Shown: in pieces, positions 53,175 to 64,000 of the stretch
How positions within the stretch are numbered: position 1 is the stretch's first letter
How the letters are laid out: the number at the start of each line of letters is the position of its first letter
Assembly: GCF_001194135.2 (NCBI RefSeq)
Contig: NC_068989.1
Location: forward strand, 27,474,233 to 27,538,232
DNA length: 64,000 nucleotides
Source of the DNA: Octopus bimaculoides
Lineage: Eukaryota
Direction: 5' to 3'
Made by a program: the position numbers and the translations under genes
Notes under the pieces: model-generated
Told to the model about the DNA's origin: nothing
Seen by the model: the letters and a program-made list of their open reading frames with translations, nothing else
The model's database searches: none

Positions 53175-53286
53175 GAAATAAGATTAAGATTAATGTAATA
53201 TAAAGATGAAGCAAATTAACACCAAATATACAGTGCGTGTGTTTTTATTGGCTAAACTGGCAATATGACCATCCCCAAGTACAACA

Positions 53287-53344
<58 letters not shown>

Positions 53345-53913
53345 GCATATATATAAACCCCAGCGCGCACACACACACACAGTCACACACACACACACAA
53401 GCACACGCACACGCGCGCGCGCACACACACACACACACACACATATAAATATATATATATATATGCAACAAGAATTCTAGAATGAGATTATAAATATTTA
53501 ATAATCGCTACGCGCTTTCCCACAAATCACATGATATATAAACATCCCTCCATGATTCATCCACTAATGCAGTCTCGCTTGATGAAATGAATCAATGATG
53601 ACGATCAACCGGATGCCCACTGATGTTACGGACTATACTGAAACAATTCCAATGATACTGATTCTGATATTAAAGTCATGAGATTTGTGGAAACGCGCTT
53701 AACGATGTATTAAATTGTTATAAATTCCATCCTAGAATTATTTTTATAATTATATTTATCCTACATTATATCGGTGTAACCATGATGCAACCCTAAAGAC
53801 TGATTCAATCCATGTATGTATGTATGTATGTATGTATGTATGTATGTATTTATGTATGTATCTATGCATGTGTGTATATACTATTTCGTCTGGGGAGAGT
53901 CATTCTCTTGTAG

Positions 53914-56900
53914 TACCTTATGATTTAATACGTTCACCGGTAATGTTTTCACTCATTTACTCGTTTATTTTTCTAAAATTTTCGTTGCGTCTTACAACCT
54001 TTTCAATAGTCGTTGACACTGTTATCCGAACTGCATTCTTTTTGTTTGTTTGTGCGCATGTATGTGGGTCAGTGAGTGTGCGCATACACATGTATGCATA
54101 TAAGTATGTATGCATGCATGTGTGTGCTTGTATGTATGTGTGTGCATATGTATATATGTATGTGTGTACGTTTGTATGTATTTTGCATATTAATGTGTTT
54201 GTGTTTGTGTCTCGTGTGTTTGTGTTTGAGTGTTTGTATGTGTGTGAGTGTGTTTGCATATGTGTGTTATATGTTTGTGTGTCTCTATCTCTTTGTGTAT
54301 GAATGTCATAGTCTGTTTGTGTCTGTATATGTGTGTATGAGTTTTTGTAATTATCTACTGTGTCTGTATATATGGATGTGTATCACCATATGCGTCGATG
54401 TGTGTCTCCATATGTGTCCTTGTTTGAAGTGAAGTGTGTATATGTGTCATGTTCATATCTTTACTAGCAATTTCTATGCATCTTATGCTGTAGACTACAT
54501 TTCTAGTTCTATAGTTCATGTCAGGGTTAATTCTACATACCATGCAGTTATCATTGGTGCATGTGGTATTCTCAAAGAGATACATCCTACAAAGTTGTGA
54601 TCTGATGCAGTTCCCTGGCGTTTCAATAATTTTAACGTTGAGTTTGGTATCCTTCAGAACTTTCCTAAATCTACGGGCTAGTTCTCCATGGGCTGTAGCC
54701 TCTACAAATATCACTCTTTGATATTTGTCGGTTTTATACCACGTGTTCACCCTGTTTGCTTTGTCACACGCTCTTTGTATTCTATTCCAGTCTTTGCTTC
54801 TATATCTAGGGCGGGTACCACTGGTTCCTTTACATAAAATTTTATCTAACTTCTTTGTAGCACCCTGTATACTTGAATCCTATCTTTCTTATTATATCCA
54901 GAGAATTGCATGCGCAGCATGAAGTTCTGTACATGTTTCTACGTTTCGTAGGTTTTGCATATTGGGGACGCGTTGTTTATTAAGTCTACTATCAGTATGT
55001 TAATTTTCATTTTGTGTGTTAATGCTGAGTTCTTGTGAACAACATATCCCGAGGCTATGGTTTTCATGTAACAGGAGTGGATGAGCTGCACTCTGCTGTT
55101 CATAGCCTCTAACCAAAGTTCAGCATCAAGGAATGTGAGTCTATTGTTGGGGTGCCTAATGTGATAATCTATAGTTACCTTGATACTTTGGTGGATGGAC
55201 TTAGCTACTTGCTGGATGCTCTCCATTATGTTCCTCTCAGTTTCTACATTACCTTTACTAGAGTTGGGTTTAACTAGGACATTAATGTCGTCTACATACT
55301 CACTGTAAAGTAAAAGAGTTGTGGATTGTTCTGCTAAGGATTGCTTAAGTTTTCTGTCCCACCAGGTCAGGAAGAGACCGGCCGCATCTCCAGTTACACC
55401 GACACCAATGGCTGCACTTTGAACTTGCAAGTATCGTTGTTGTCAGGATCTTGGGGGGGGGGGGGGTATGGTCCAACCACCCCAGCGCCCTGCGGTGTTT
55501 TTTTTTTTCACTGCTGAGGAGATTGTGTGTTGTCTTCTCCTCCCCTCTGTGACCTGGTGGGGCAGTATCTACTGAGGTCATGGTCGTCTAAATAGTCACT
55601 GTTGAAGCTTAGTCTAAGGAGGAGGACCAGTTCCCTCGTGTTGACTTCACGGAAGTCTACTTCATTCTCACAGGTTATCTCAATGCATTTCACTACGGCA
55701 AATCTATGTCAATACATGGGGAGAGTGAAATTACATCCGTAATACTCACTACACAACGTGTGAGGTCGTTGGAGTGGTTGCAAGTACTCATTTTACTGAG
55801 GAGATCCTCCGTGCTCACAGAGACATCTGGGGACGTTTCTATGAGAGGTCGTAATACCTGTGAGAGGAAGTAGGACAGTCTCTAATTGGTGGAGATATTC
55901 ACTCCGCAAACTGGTCGGGTCGGGGACCCCATAACAGGATTTATGTAGGGATTATGGAATTGCCTAACCTGTATAGAGTAGTAACATCACTGTTGGATGC
56001 CTGAAAATTGTGTGCAGTCCGTTTCTTAGGTTGGAGTATGTTGCACCACATTTCCATGTGTGCATTGAGGCGTTTTTCTACTCTTTCATGTTCCTGTGGT
56101 GCAACTTTTCTCATGCTACTAATGTGTTGTTGCATGGACTGGACATAGTTCTGTGGGCTGTCTATTGACAGTCTGCCAGAATCATCTGTTGGGAGGCGCA
56201 CTAATTCCCTGTTCCTAATTCGCTATTTTCAGCTTTTGAAAGCCTATGGCAACAGATGAACTGGGTTGATGGGGCCCCTCCTCATTTTGCTTTTTAGCGG
56301 TTCTGTTGAACCGGTGTAAGATGTATTGGAGTCTATTTCTAGCTGAGCAGATCTTTGCTTCTATTTCACTGTCAATCTGGGGAGGGATAAACACTTTTGT
56401 TGAAGGGTAAATCTGAGGGGTAGATCCGCGTCGTGTCATAAGATTTGTTGTTAGGGTTAGAGAAGGCAGAGTGCAGACTGTTATTATCGTTATGGTTGTT
56501 GATTATATAGTTGCTGGCAGTTTTGTTTCTAGCGGTGGTGGTGGTGGTAGTTCTTGTGTTGTGCCCATTGTTGCTGTTATCATCGTTGTGGTTGGTGTTG
56601 CTGTTGGTATTCATGTGGGTGGTGCTGACAATACCGTCTATATTGTCTGGGTATTTTCATTGACTCTTACCATGCTAGGACTGTTGTCGATGCTGTTTCA
56701 CCCACTTGAGTTTATTGTTGAAGAGTTTTATTACAGGTATGGTTTACTCGGCGGCTTTCTTCTTGGATGTTTGTCATGAATCTGTCTCTTTTGTGTGGTG
56801 CAGTGGTGTTTTTTAGTTCATGCAATAGGACTCTCTTTCGCTTCTGGTACTGATAGATTTCTGTGTATATTTCATTTTTGATGTTTCGTAACATCGTGTG

Positions 56901-57567
56901 TCTTAGTTTTCTTGCTTCACGTTCTGTGAGTCCCAGCCGCTTGACAGCCAAATTGACAGATTTCATGTATAGCTTGGGGGAGATGCATGTTTTAATGACG
57001 TGGAGCTGTCGGGTAGCTATTTTGATTTTTAGACAGCAGAACACGGTGTTTCCCAACGTCTTGCTAGCTTGACCAAAGCTTATTTTATTTCGTTTTTGGA
57101 TTTGGTTTGCAAGATTCTTTATGTGAGTTCGTGTGCTGAAGCATATTTTGTTGTCTCTGGGTAGAGCCATTCCATTTTAATACCTTATGATTTAACACAC
57201 TCACCGGTAAAGTTTCTACTCATTTACTTATATATATTTTTTTAATTTTCGTTGCGTCTTGCAACCTTTTCAATAGTCATTGACTCTGTCCGTTATCTGA
57301 ATTGTGTTCTTTTTGTTTGTTTGTGCGCATGTGTATCGGTCAGTGTGTGTGCACATACACATGTATGTATGTGTGTATGCATGTATGTATGTGTGTATGC
57401 ATACATGTAAGTGTGTGTATGTGTGGGAGTACATATGTATATATGTATGTATGTGTGTTCGTTTGAATGTATATATTCTGCATATTCATGTGTTTATGTT
57501 TGTGTTCGTGGGTTCGTGTCAGTGTGTGTTTGTGTGTGTTTGTATTTGCACGTGTGTGTATGTGTGT

Positions 57568-57645
<78 letters not shown>

Positions 57646-57812
57646 CTCTGACTCCTTGTGTATGCATGTCTGAGTCTGTGTACGTGTGTGTGCATGGGGT
57701 TTTGTGACTATGTACTGTGTCTGTATGTATGGATGTGTATCTGCATATGTGTGGATGTGTGCCTTCATATGTGTCTTTCTATGACATGAAGTGTGTGTGT
57801 ATATGGTCATGA
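53914..57812 (-). mobile_element. Penelope-like element with two direct pseudo-LTRs, decayed RT and truncated GIY-YIG
   Basis: Direct repeats 53914-54452 and 57181-57812; track ORFs 56712-57170, 55941-56201, 54939-55430 (AIGVGVTGDAAGLF...LYSEYVDDINV) and 54355-54750 (C..DNCMVC...RTRNVVYSIRC). Confidence 0.88.
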
Positions 57813-58019
57813 GCTTCAGTCGTCATTTGCGTATATGTGCATATGTATGCTTATCCCTTGATATTACCTATTTACCTATCTATCTGTATGTCTAACTGTT
57901 TTATATTTATGTACATTTAACGACATACATGTGCATATACATACATCCACACACACGTACACATATATACATCAACATAACAGCCCACTAACTATTGTAC
58001 CTGTATATAAACTGTGGGT

Positions 58020-58264
58020 ACGGGGGTATATGATTACCTACTATGTATATTTCCTATTTAGTACTAGGGATGTTTCATTTATAAGGACGTACTCCTGTAT
58101 TTGTGTCCAATGACCAACATGGAGGTAACTTGGGTCAACTTGACATCTGCATTTTATCCAAGCATCCAAGGGACACAACCCTCAGACCAATACAGGAGTA
58201 CATTTTCATAAATGAAACATCCCCTACGTATAGGAAATATACGTAGTAGGTAATCATACCCCGT
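58020..58264. mobile_element. MITE-like element with ~80-bp imperfect TIRs
   Basis: cgggggtatatgattacctactatgtatatttcctat...gggatgtttcatttat...gtactcctgtatt (58021-58101) matches the reverse complement of 58189-58263. Confidence 0.8.
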
Positions 58265-58339
58265 GTGTGCGTGTGTTTGTGTATACACATTTATGTAGGT
58301 AAATGTATATGGGCCTCTTTATGGTATAATTTACAATGT

Positions 58340-59060
58340 TTTGGTATTATTTTTGTTTCCGAAATATTGTCTCTCTCGCATATTTGTATCTTTAACTATT
58401 GAACATATATGCCTTGGCATATTATATGGGGTAATCGTTTTAAAATGGGTCGGATGACAAAAAGCTAAATGTTGGTGCCTGCTAATATCCTTGATATTGA
58501 GTATCAAAAAAGAATATTCCTTCTTGTTCATTTCCATAGTCAACTGGATGGACTTGTGAATTTTATTTATTAATTTAAGGAATCATGTGAGGCTGTCTTT
58601 ACCTCTGTTCCAACATATGAAACAATCATCCAGGAATATTTCCCAGTTTTCTTTTTCTTAAAGTAATCCGAGAACGAGCCCGTTTTTTTTTTTCTTTCAA
58701 AAAATCCTAAAACCAGTGTCGGCCACATGCCTGCAGTTATTGTGCTTATTGTTTGTCCCTTTCATTTGCAGGTAATATTGATTATCAAAGAAGTTTTTTT
58801 TTAGCAGCATTCGTAACCGTTCTGAAAATATCTTTTGAATTCTGTGGATACTTGTGTATCCAATATCCTATTGCTTTTCCTCCTAATCCATGGGGAATGT
58901 TTGTGTAGAGGCTTGCCACACCAGATTTGTCTCTATATTCACTATTTCTTCAAATATTGTTAGTGTATCAAGAATTCTTCCTCAAAACCTTGATAACTTC
59001 AAGCAAACATTAATTATTTTAGATATATTTATATGTAGCAAAGCAGAGATCTCGATAGTA
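58340..59060 (-). pseudogene. Penelope-like RT fragment (SLYTNIP type)
   Basis: VASLYTNIPHGLGGKAIGYWIHKYP...FFDNQYYLQMKGT...TLVLGFFE, then IHKSIQLTMEMNKKEYSFL...CHPTHFKTITPYNMPRHICSIV. Confidence 0.85.
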
Positions 59061-59199
59061 ATGGATAAGTTATATTTATAAAGAGAATCTCATACAAAAT
59101 ACAGTCCAAGACCAAATTGTTGTCTTCAGAGTGTTAGGCCTGCGCCAACTTGATTAACAAACAAGTTTCCATAAAGACAGAAGCACTACTTAGCTGATC

Positions 59200-59640
59200 T
59201 TAATCATCTGCGCTCTCTGTGAGAAAAACCTTCAGCATCAAAGACAAAAAAGATTGTGTATGAATGTGGCTCACTAAGCCAACTAATTTGTCTTGCCTTA
59301 TTACCGATCCACCAATGGCAACAGCATATTTTACACATACGATGTTTTTCCTTTCACTACTGCCAAGTCCACATGGTCTTCTTAACATCGCTAGATGCCG
59401 CTCATATACGTCTCCTAGAATCTACTGAAGAGAGTGGAGAAAAGGGATAAGGAACAACACCTACAATGATATGGAAATACTCTCCGATGGTAACCTGTGC
59501 CAGAACTGCTGTATGATTTGACGTTGAGTTGTTGGACAGTAAGAGTCAGTTTTTTCGACGTGTTGACATACTTTATTAGAGCATCACGTCAAGCTATCAA
59601 ACGCATTCTCATGCGTTTGGTAGAGTCTGATATGTCACTC
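59200..59640 (-). mobile_element. Heavily decayed RTE-like RT fragment
   Basis: AFDSL, GEYFHIIVGV..LS..TLFSRF*E..M..EDHV and KYAVAIGGSV..QDKLVGLVSHI resemble RTE motifs GEWF.TTVGVRQGC.LSPTLF and RFADDIDGLAG.E.EL..LV. Confidence 0.5.
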
Positions 59641-60741
59641 AGGAAATCTAGACGTTTTGAGACTATTCACCTCATTAACTGATGTTGAACAAGCGATATT
59701 CAGAAATCTTAATTTATGCCAGTACTCTTTGCATATTCTGTGAATGAAAGCTTACATGGCAGCGTGATTTGGATTCACAATCTAGATGCATGCAATTATT
59801 AGGGTAGAAAGAGAAAACAGATGGCATTTTTGTATAAACAGGGAACATACCGTATGGAAAGCATGGGTTACTTAACCAAATTATAATAACTGTGCTGTTG
59901 ATTACCCCAGTCAGCTTTTCACCTAAACTTGTTAGTATTTAACGCTTTACTACTGCAGTTTAATATTTAAGCAGAATTAAAATTTTATACCTACGCACCC
60001 ACAACCTATGTGTGCCTATATATGTGTATGATGTGTGTGTGTATATATGTGAGTGAGTGTGTATGCAGCGCGTGTGTGTGTTTATCAGACAGCGTACTTT
60101 TGATAACTTTGAGAAGGAAACGCCACAAGTGTGGCTTGAAAACAATTAATATTTCCTTGCAACAAGAACTATATTTTACTGGATCTCTCTCAAGCTAAAT
60201 TTTTAATAACGATACTGAATTTTCGAGCGGTGATTGACGTTATTATCGATGGATATAAAAGATTAAATAATTTCTACTCGTGCTTTGTGCCTACAACACG
60301 AACCTCAAAGAAAACTATATGCGTTAATGACATAGAGAAGAAAGATATTATAAATACATTTATTCTCTCACACTACCAATTCTTCCATTTTGGTGATTCT
60401 CATTCCTAAAAAAAATTAAATTAACAGCATGATATCAATTAGTTTGTAACTGTATGTTACTTGTAATTTAAACTACGAATATACGCAGATGTGTATTGAA
60501 CTTAAAATGAAAATATATATAGTTAGGCACTCTAAGGTTTTGACATAACACCGCCTACGAGTATTTGTAAGAAAGAAATCGATATAAAAAAAATATGTTG
60601 GAGAAAACTGTCGTTAGTAACAGTAGAATGACTGCAAATTCAAATGCTGCCTTCCGTCACCGAAAACGTCATTTTAATCCACTGACAGGAAAGAATCATT
60701 GAACGACTTTCATGTATGCCTCTTACACATATGTATGTATG

Positions 60742-60783
<42 letters not shown>

Positions 60784-61435
60784 NNNNNNNNNNNNNNNNN
60801 NNNNNNNNNNNNNNNNNNNNNNNNNNNNNNNNNNNNNNNNNNNNNNNNNNNNNNNNNNNNNNNNNNNNNNNNNNNNNNNNNNNNNNNNNNNNNNNNNNNN
60901 NNNNNNNNNNNNNNNNNNNNNNNNNNNNNNNNNNNNNNNNNNNNNNNNNNNNNNNNNNNNNNNNNNNNNNNNNNNNNNNNNNNNNNNNNNNNNNNNNNNN
61001 NNNNNNNNNNNNNNNNNNNNNNNNNNNNNNNNNNNNNNNNNNNNNNNNNNNNNNNNNNNNNNNNNNNNNNNNNNNNNNNNNNNNNNNNNNNNNNNNNNNN
61101 NNNNNNNNNNNNNNNNNNNNNNNNNNNNNNNNNNNNNNNNNNNNNNNNNNNNNNNNNNNNNNNNNNNNNNNNNNNNNNNNNNNNNNNNNNNNNNNNNNNN
61201 NNNNNNNNNNNNNNNNNNNNNNNNNNNNNNNNNNNNNNNNNNNNNNNNNNNNNNNNNNNNNNNNNNNNNNNNNNNNNNNNNNNNNNNNNNNNNNNNNNNN
61301 NNNNNNNNNNNNNNNNNNNNNNNNNNNNNNNNNNNNNNNNNNNNNNNNNNNNNNNNNNNNNNNNNNNNNNNNNNNNNNNNNNNNNNNNNNNNNNNNNNNN
61401 NNNNNNNNNNNNNNNNNNNNNNNNNNNNNNNNNNN
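60784..61435. other. Assembly gap flanked by (TA)n
   Basis: Run of N. Confidence 0.97.
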
Positions 61436-61482
<47 letters not shown>

Positions 61483-62699
61483 TGTATGTGTGTATGTACA
61501 GATAGATAGAAAGATAGATAGATAAATAGATAGATAGATAAACTGACAGCCAGGAAGACAGACAGACAAACAGATAGATAGATAGATTCTCTATTGTGTT
61601 CGGCAAGATACATATACCATTCAGATACATATATCTTTATTGTATTGCGCTTTTCTGAAGTTCGCTTTCGCTCATTTAAAGTAAGTCAATCTTACGGTAT
61701 CAGCTCAATTTACAATGTAAAAGCAATATTCCTGCAAGCATTCTTTACATTTTCCTCTTTGTAATTATTCGATCGAAAAGGATCGAATTACAGTTTCTCT
61801 TCCAATTACTTTTCTCATTCTATATGCAGTTTCTCTCTTTCTTTTTAATTTATATTTTAATAAGTTTTCATAACTATCACATGTCTTTGACATTTTATCC
61901 TGATCCATATTATCGGAGTCTTATCTCTAAATATAGGAATATTTTCATTCTAAGCGATTTGACATCATCAATGGTGAAATCTTAAATCTGTATAAGTAGA
62001 CGGTATTTTAGGTCATATACCAGACAGTAGGATTAAAGAGAAGTGAGTGGTTATAGAGCCATAAAATAACTCAAGTCAACAAGTACTACAAATCAGCGAA
62101 GTCGAATTAGTGTTCTAATCAGTGATTAAGCCATACGTTTTATCAAAATTCAGCGGATTTTAAAAGATCTAGTTAGAAAGTAAGGTTGATTATAAACTTA
62201 TGGTTGGAAACCCATAAATCCTAAAAGTACTTTTATACATTCATATCTATCATGCATACAGAATTCGGGAAACAAGATATTGTTAATAATAGAAAAGAAC
62301 CTCATGTGCAAGATTATATTAATATTTTCCGAAAAGCATTAAGTGGAAATAAGGAAAATCATAAAAATTCGGCTTAGTAAATATATTTCCGCCGAACGCA
62401 GTACCTAGATAATACTCATGAAAATAAGTTGCTTTCATCATCATTCGAACAAATGATATCATTTAAGAGCGTAAAGACTGAGATATCCTTTCAGCTAACA
62501 GATGATTCCATGTTAGACTTATTTACAGCTTTCAAAGAGATTGTTACTACAGAAATTCACTCCACAATTTGTGAAAGGTGGTGTGAAACATAAGATTTCC
62601 TGCTTCATGGCCTTAGAATATTCAGAGTGTGTGGTTGTAACGAGTTGATCAGGAGTGGGGACGTGTAGTTGTTATAGGCTCGGGAGGTCTACTGGGGCG

Positions 62700-63760
62700 G
62701 CCGAGTGCGATGTGTGTGTGCTTCTTTTTTTTAGATTTCTGAGATTGGTGTATAGTGGAAGTATATTCCAGAGCTGCAGGAAAGAGCTTGGGAAAGAGAT
62801 GTGCTATTTTGGTTTTAAGTTTAGTAGAATTTTTCGCTGAAGCCGCTTATTTCGAAGACATGGTTATAATAAGGGGTGTGAGAGTTAAGAACTTTCTTAG
62901 CTAGCGGATAACTTAGAGATTCTGATATATATACCTGTGACTCCGCTAATGAAGATAAGTTTAAGGTGATTAGAGAGGAGATTTATATATTGTTTAGAAA
63001 GGTTGGATTTATGGAAAGGATGATATAGACTTGTGTTTAAGTCGAGAGTAAAGTCTAAGAAATTCGCCACTTTAGTATCGATTTCGAATAAAATATTCAG
63101 GTTACGGTTTTTAAAAACATTTGTGTAGGGCTATCTTGACGGGTTCGACTGACAGTCGAGATAATCTAGTTGCTGAAAGGAGTGCATCATCTCTGTATAG
63201 TCCACTGTAGAGTTTGGGAAAATATTGTTTAATTTGGGAGAGAAGTAATAGGCCAACCATGTCAGTAACCAGGGGTGAGGCCGATGCGCCCGTGGTTATA
63301 TCGAAGAAATCAGAAGATGAGTTACAGGTCCAATTATTATACTTAAAGTGACTTAGTGTATTCCTCGCATTGATGTCAGATTGGGAGATGGGAGTATATT
63401 GCCATGCAAAGATTAAGGCTTTATTTAAGAGAGTTGGTGATACTGATGAATAATAATTTGAGATGTCACACTGAAGGAAATATATGTGTTGTTTATCATG
63501 AAGAGATTGAAACCAAGTGATGACGTCTCCTGTGCAATATCAGAACGGAAGCTTAACGTTAGTCTTAACAAGGCGTAGAAGATGGTCAATAATGCACATA
63601 CATGAGTGTGGGTGGGCCTGTGGTTCTGTGATCATGAATGTATCTCGGTCTGATAGGGATTCAGTTGTTCTATCAACTAAATTACCTGCCCATTGAACTA
63701 GCATATCAGTAGGTAAGCATTTCGCAGACATGTATACCCTTCACATAAGTCTCAAGCAAT
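62700..63760 (-). pseudogene. Penelope-like RT fragment (GLYRDD type)
   Basis: TGDVITWFQSLHDKQHIYFLQCDISNYYSSVSPTLLNKALIFA...FFDITTGASASPLVTDMVGLLLL...SGLYRDDAL...VANFLDFTLDLNTSLYHPFHK; YRDD at about 63186-63197. Confidence 0.88.
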
Positions 63761-63943
63761 ACATCCGACAGACCCTTTATATGGTTTCCAAAACTACAGG
63801 TCTCTCTGAGACTCTTGTGCACAGACTTTAAATTTAAGTGCATGTGCTTTTGAAACAAACACCTGAACCATACCAAAAAGTAAAACGCTCTCTCTCATAC
63901 ACACACAAACACACACACACATAGAAAACAAACATGCACACAT

Positions 63944-63990
<47 letters not shown>

Positions 63991-64000
63991 CATATATATA

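Noticed and set aside
53920-53970. Hammerhead in the pLTR of the minus-strand PLE (and its copy at ~57185-57235)
   Set aside because: A near-palindromic ACCGGT stem and GAAA(A)C are present, but no CUGANGA core or stem II can be placed in either copy.

Overview
AT-rich animal genomic DNA from a draft assembly; the N gaps all sit at (TA)n, (CA)n or (CT)n microsatellites. The SINE families and microsatellite style look like octopus (coleoid cephalopod); this is my recognition, not a database result. I can support no intact host protein-coding gene, rRNA, tRNA gene or CRISPR array. Nearly all track ORFs are translations of microsatellites, gaps or decayed transposons, so the window is intronic or intergenic. 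It holds: an internally deleted mariner; two families of tRNA-derived SINE; a miniature LTR element (147-bp LTRs, tRNA-Ser PBS, PPT); two TSD-bounded Tx1/L1-like insertions; three RTE-like fragments; an RLE-type LINE tail; a cluster of Penelope-like (PLE) relics at 52-64 kb; several foldback/MITE-like inverted repeats; and four to five hammerhead-ribozyme-like motifs. Three observations stand out. (1) A single 3.2-kb insertion with a perfect 10-bp TSD splits a SINE head and carries Tx1-like ORF2 (RT) sequence upstream of a separate ORF1-only unit. (2) A second ORF1-only Tx1-like element with a 12-bp TSD lies inside the 3' LTR of the mini-LTR element; with (1) it hints at a bipartite, non-autonomous ORF1-only LINE system. 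(3) A TA-flanked 708-bp foldback has 138-bp arms that each carry a type I hammerhead ribozyme. Coordinates were counted by hand; boundaries of decayed elements are approximate.
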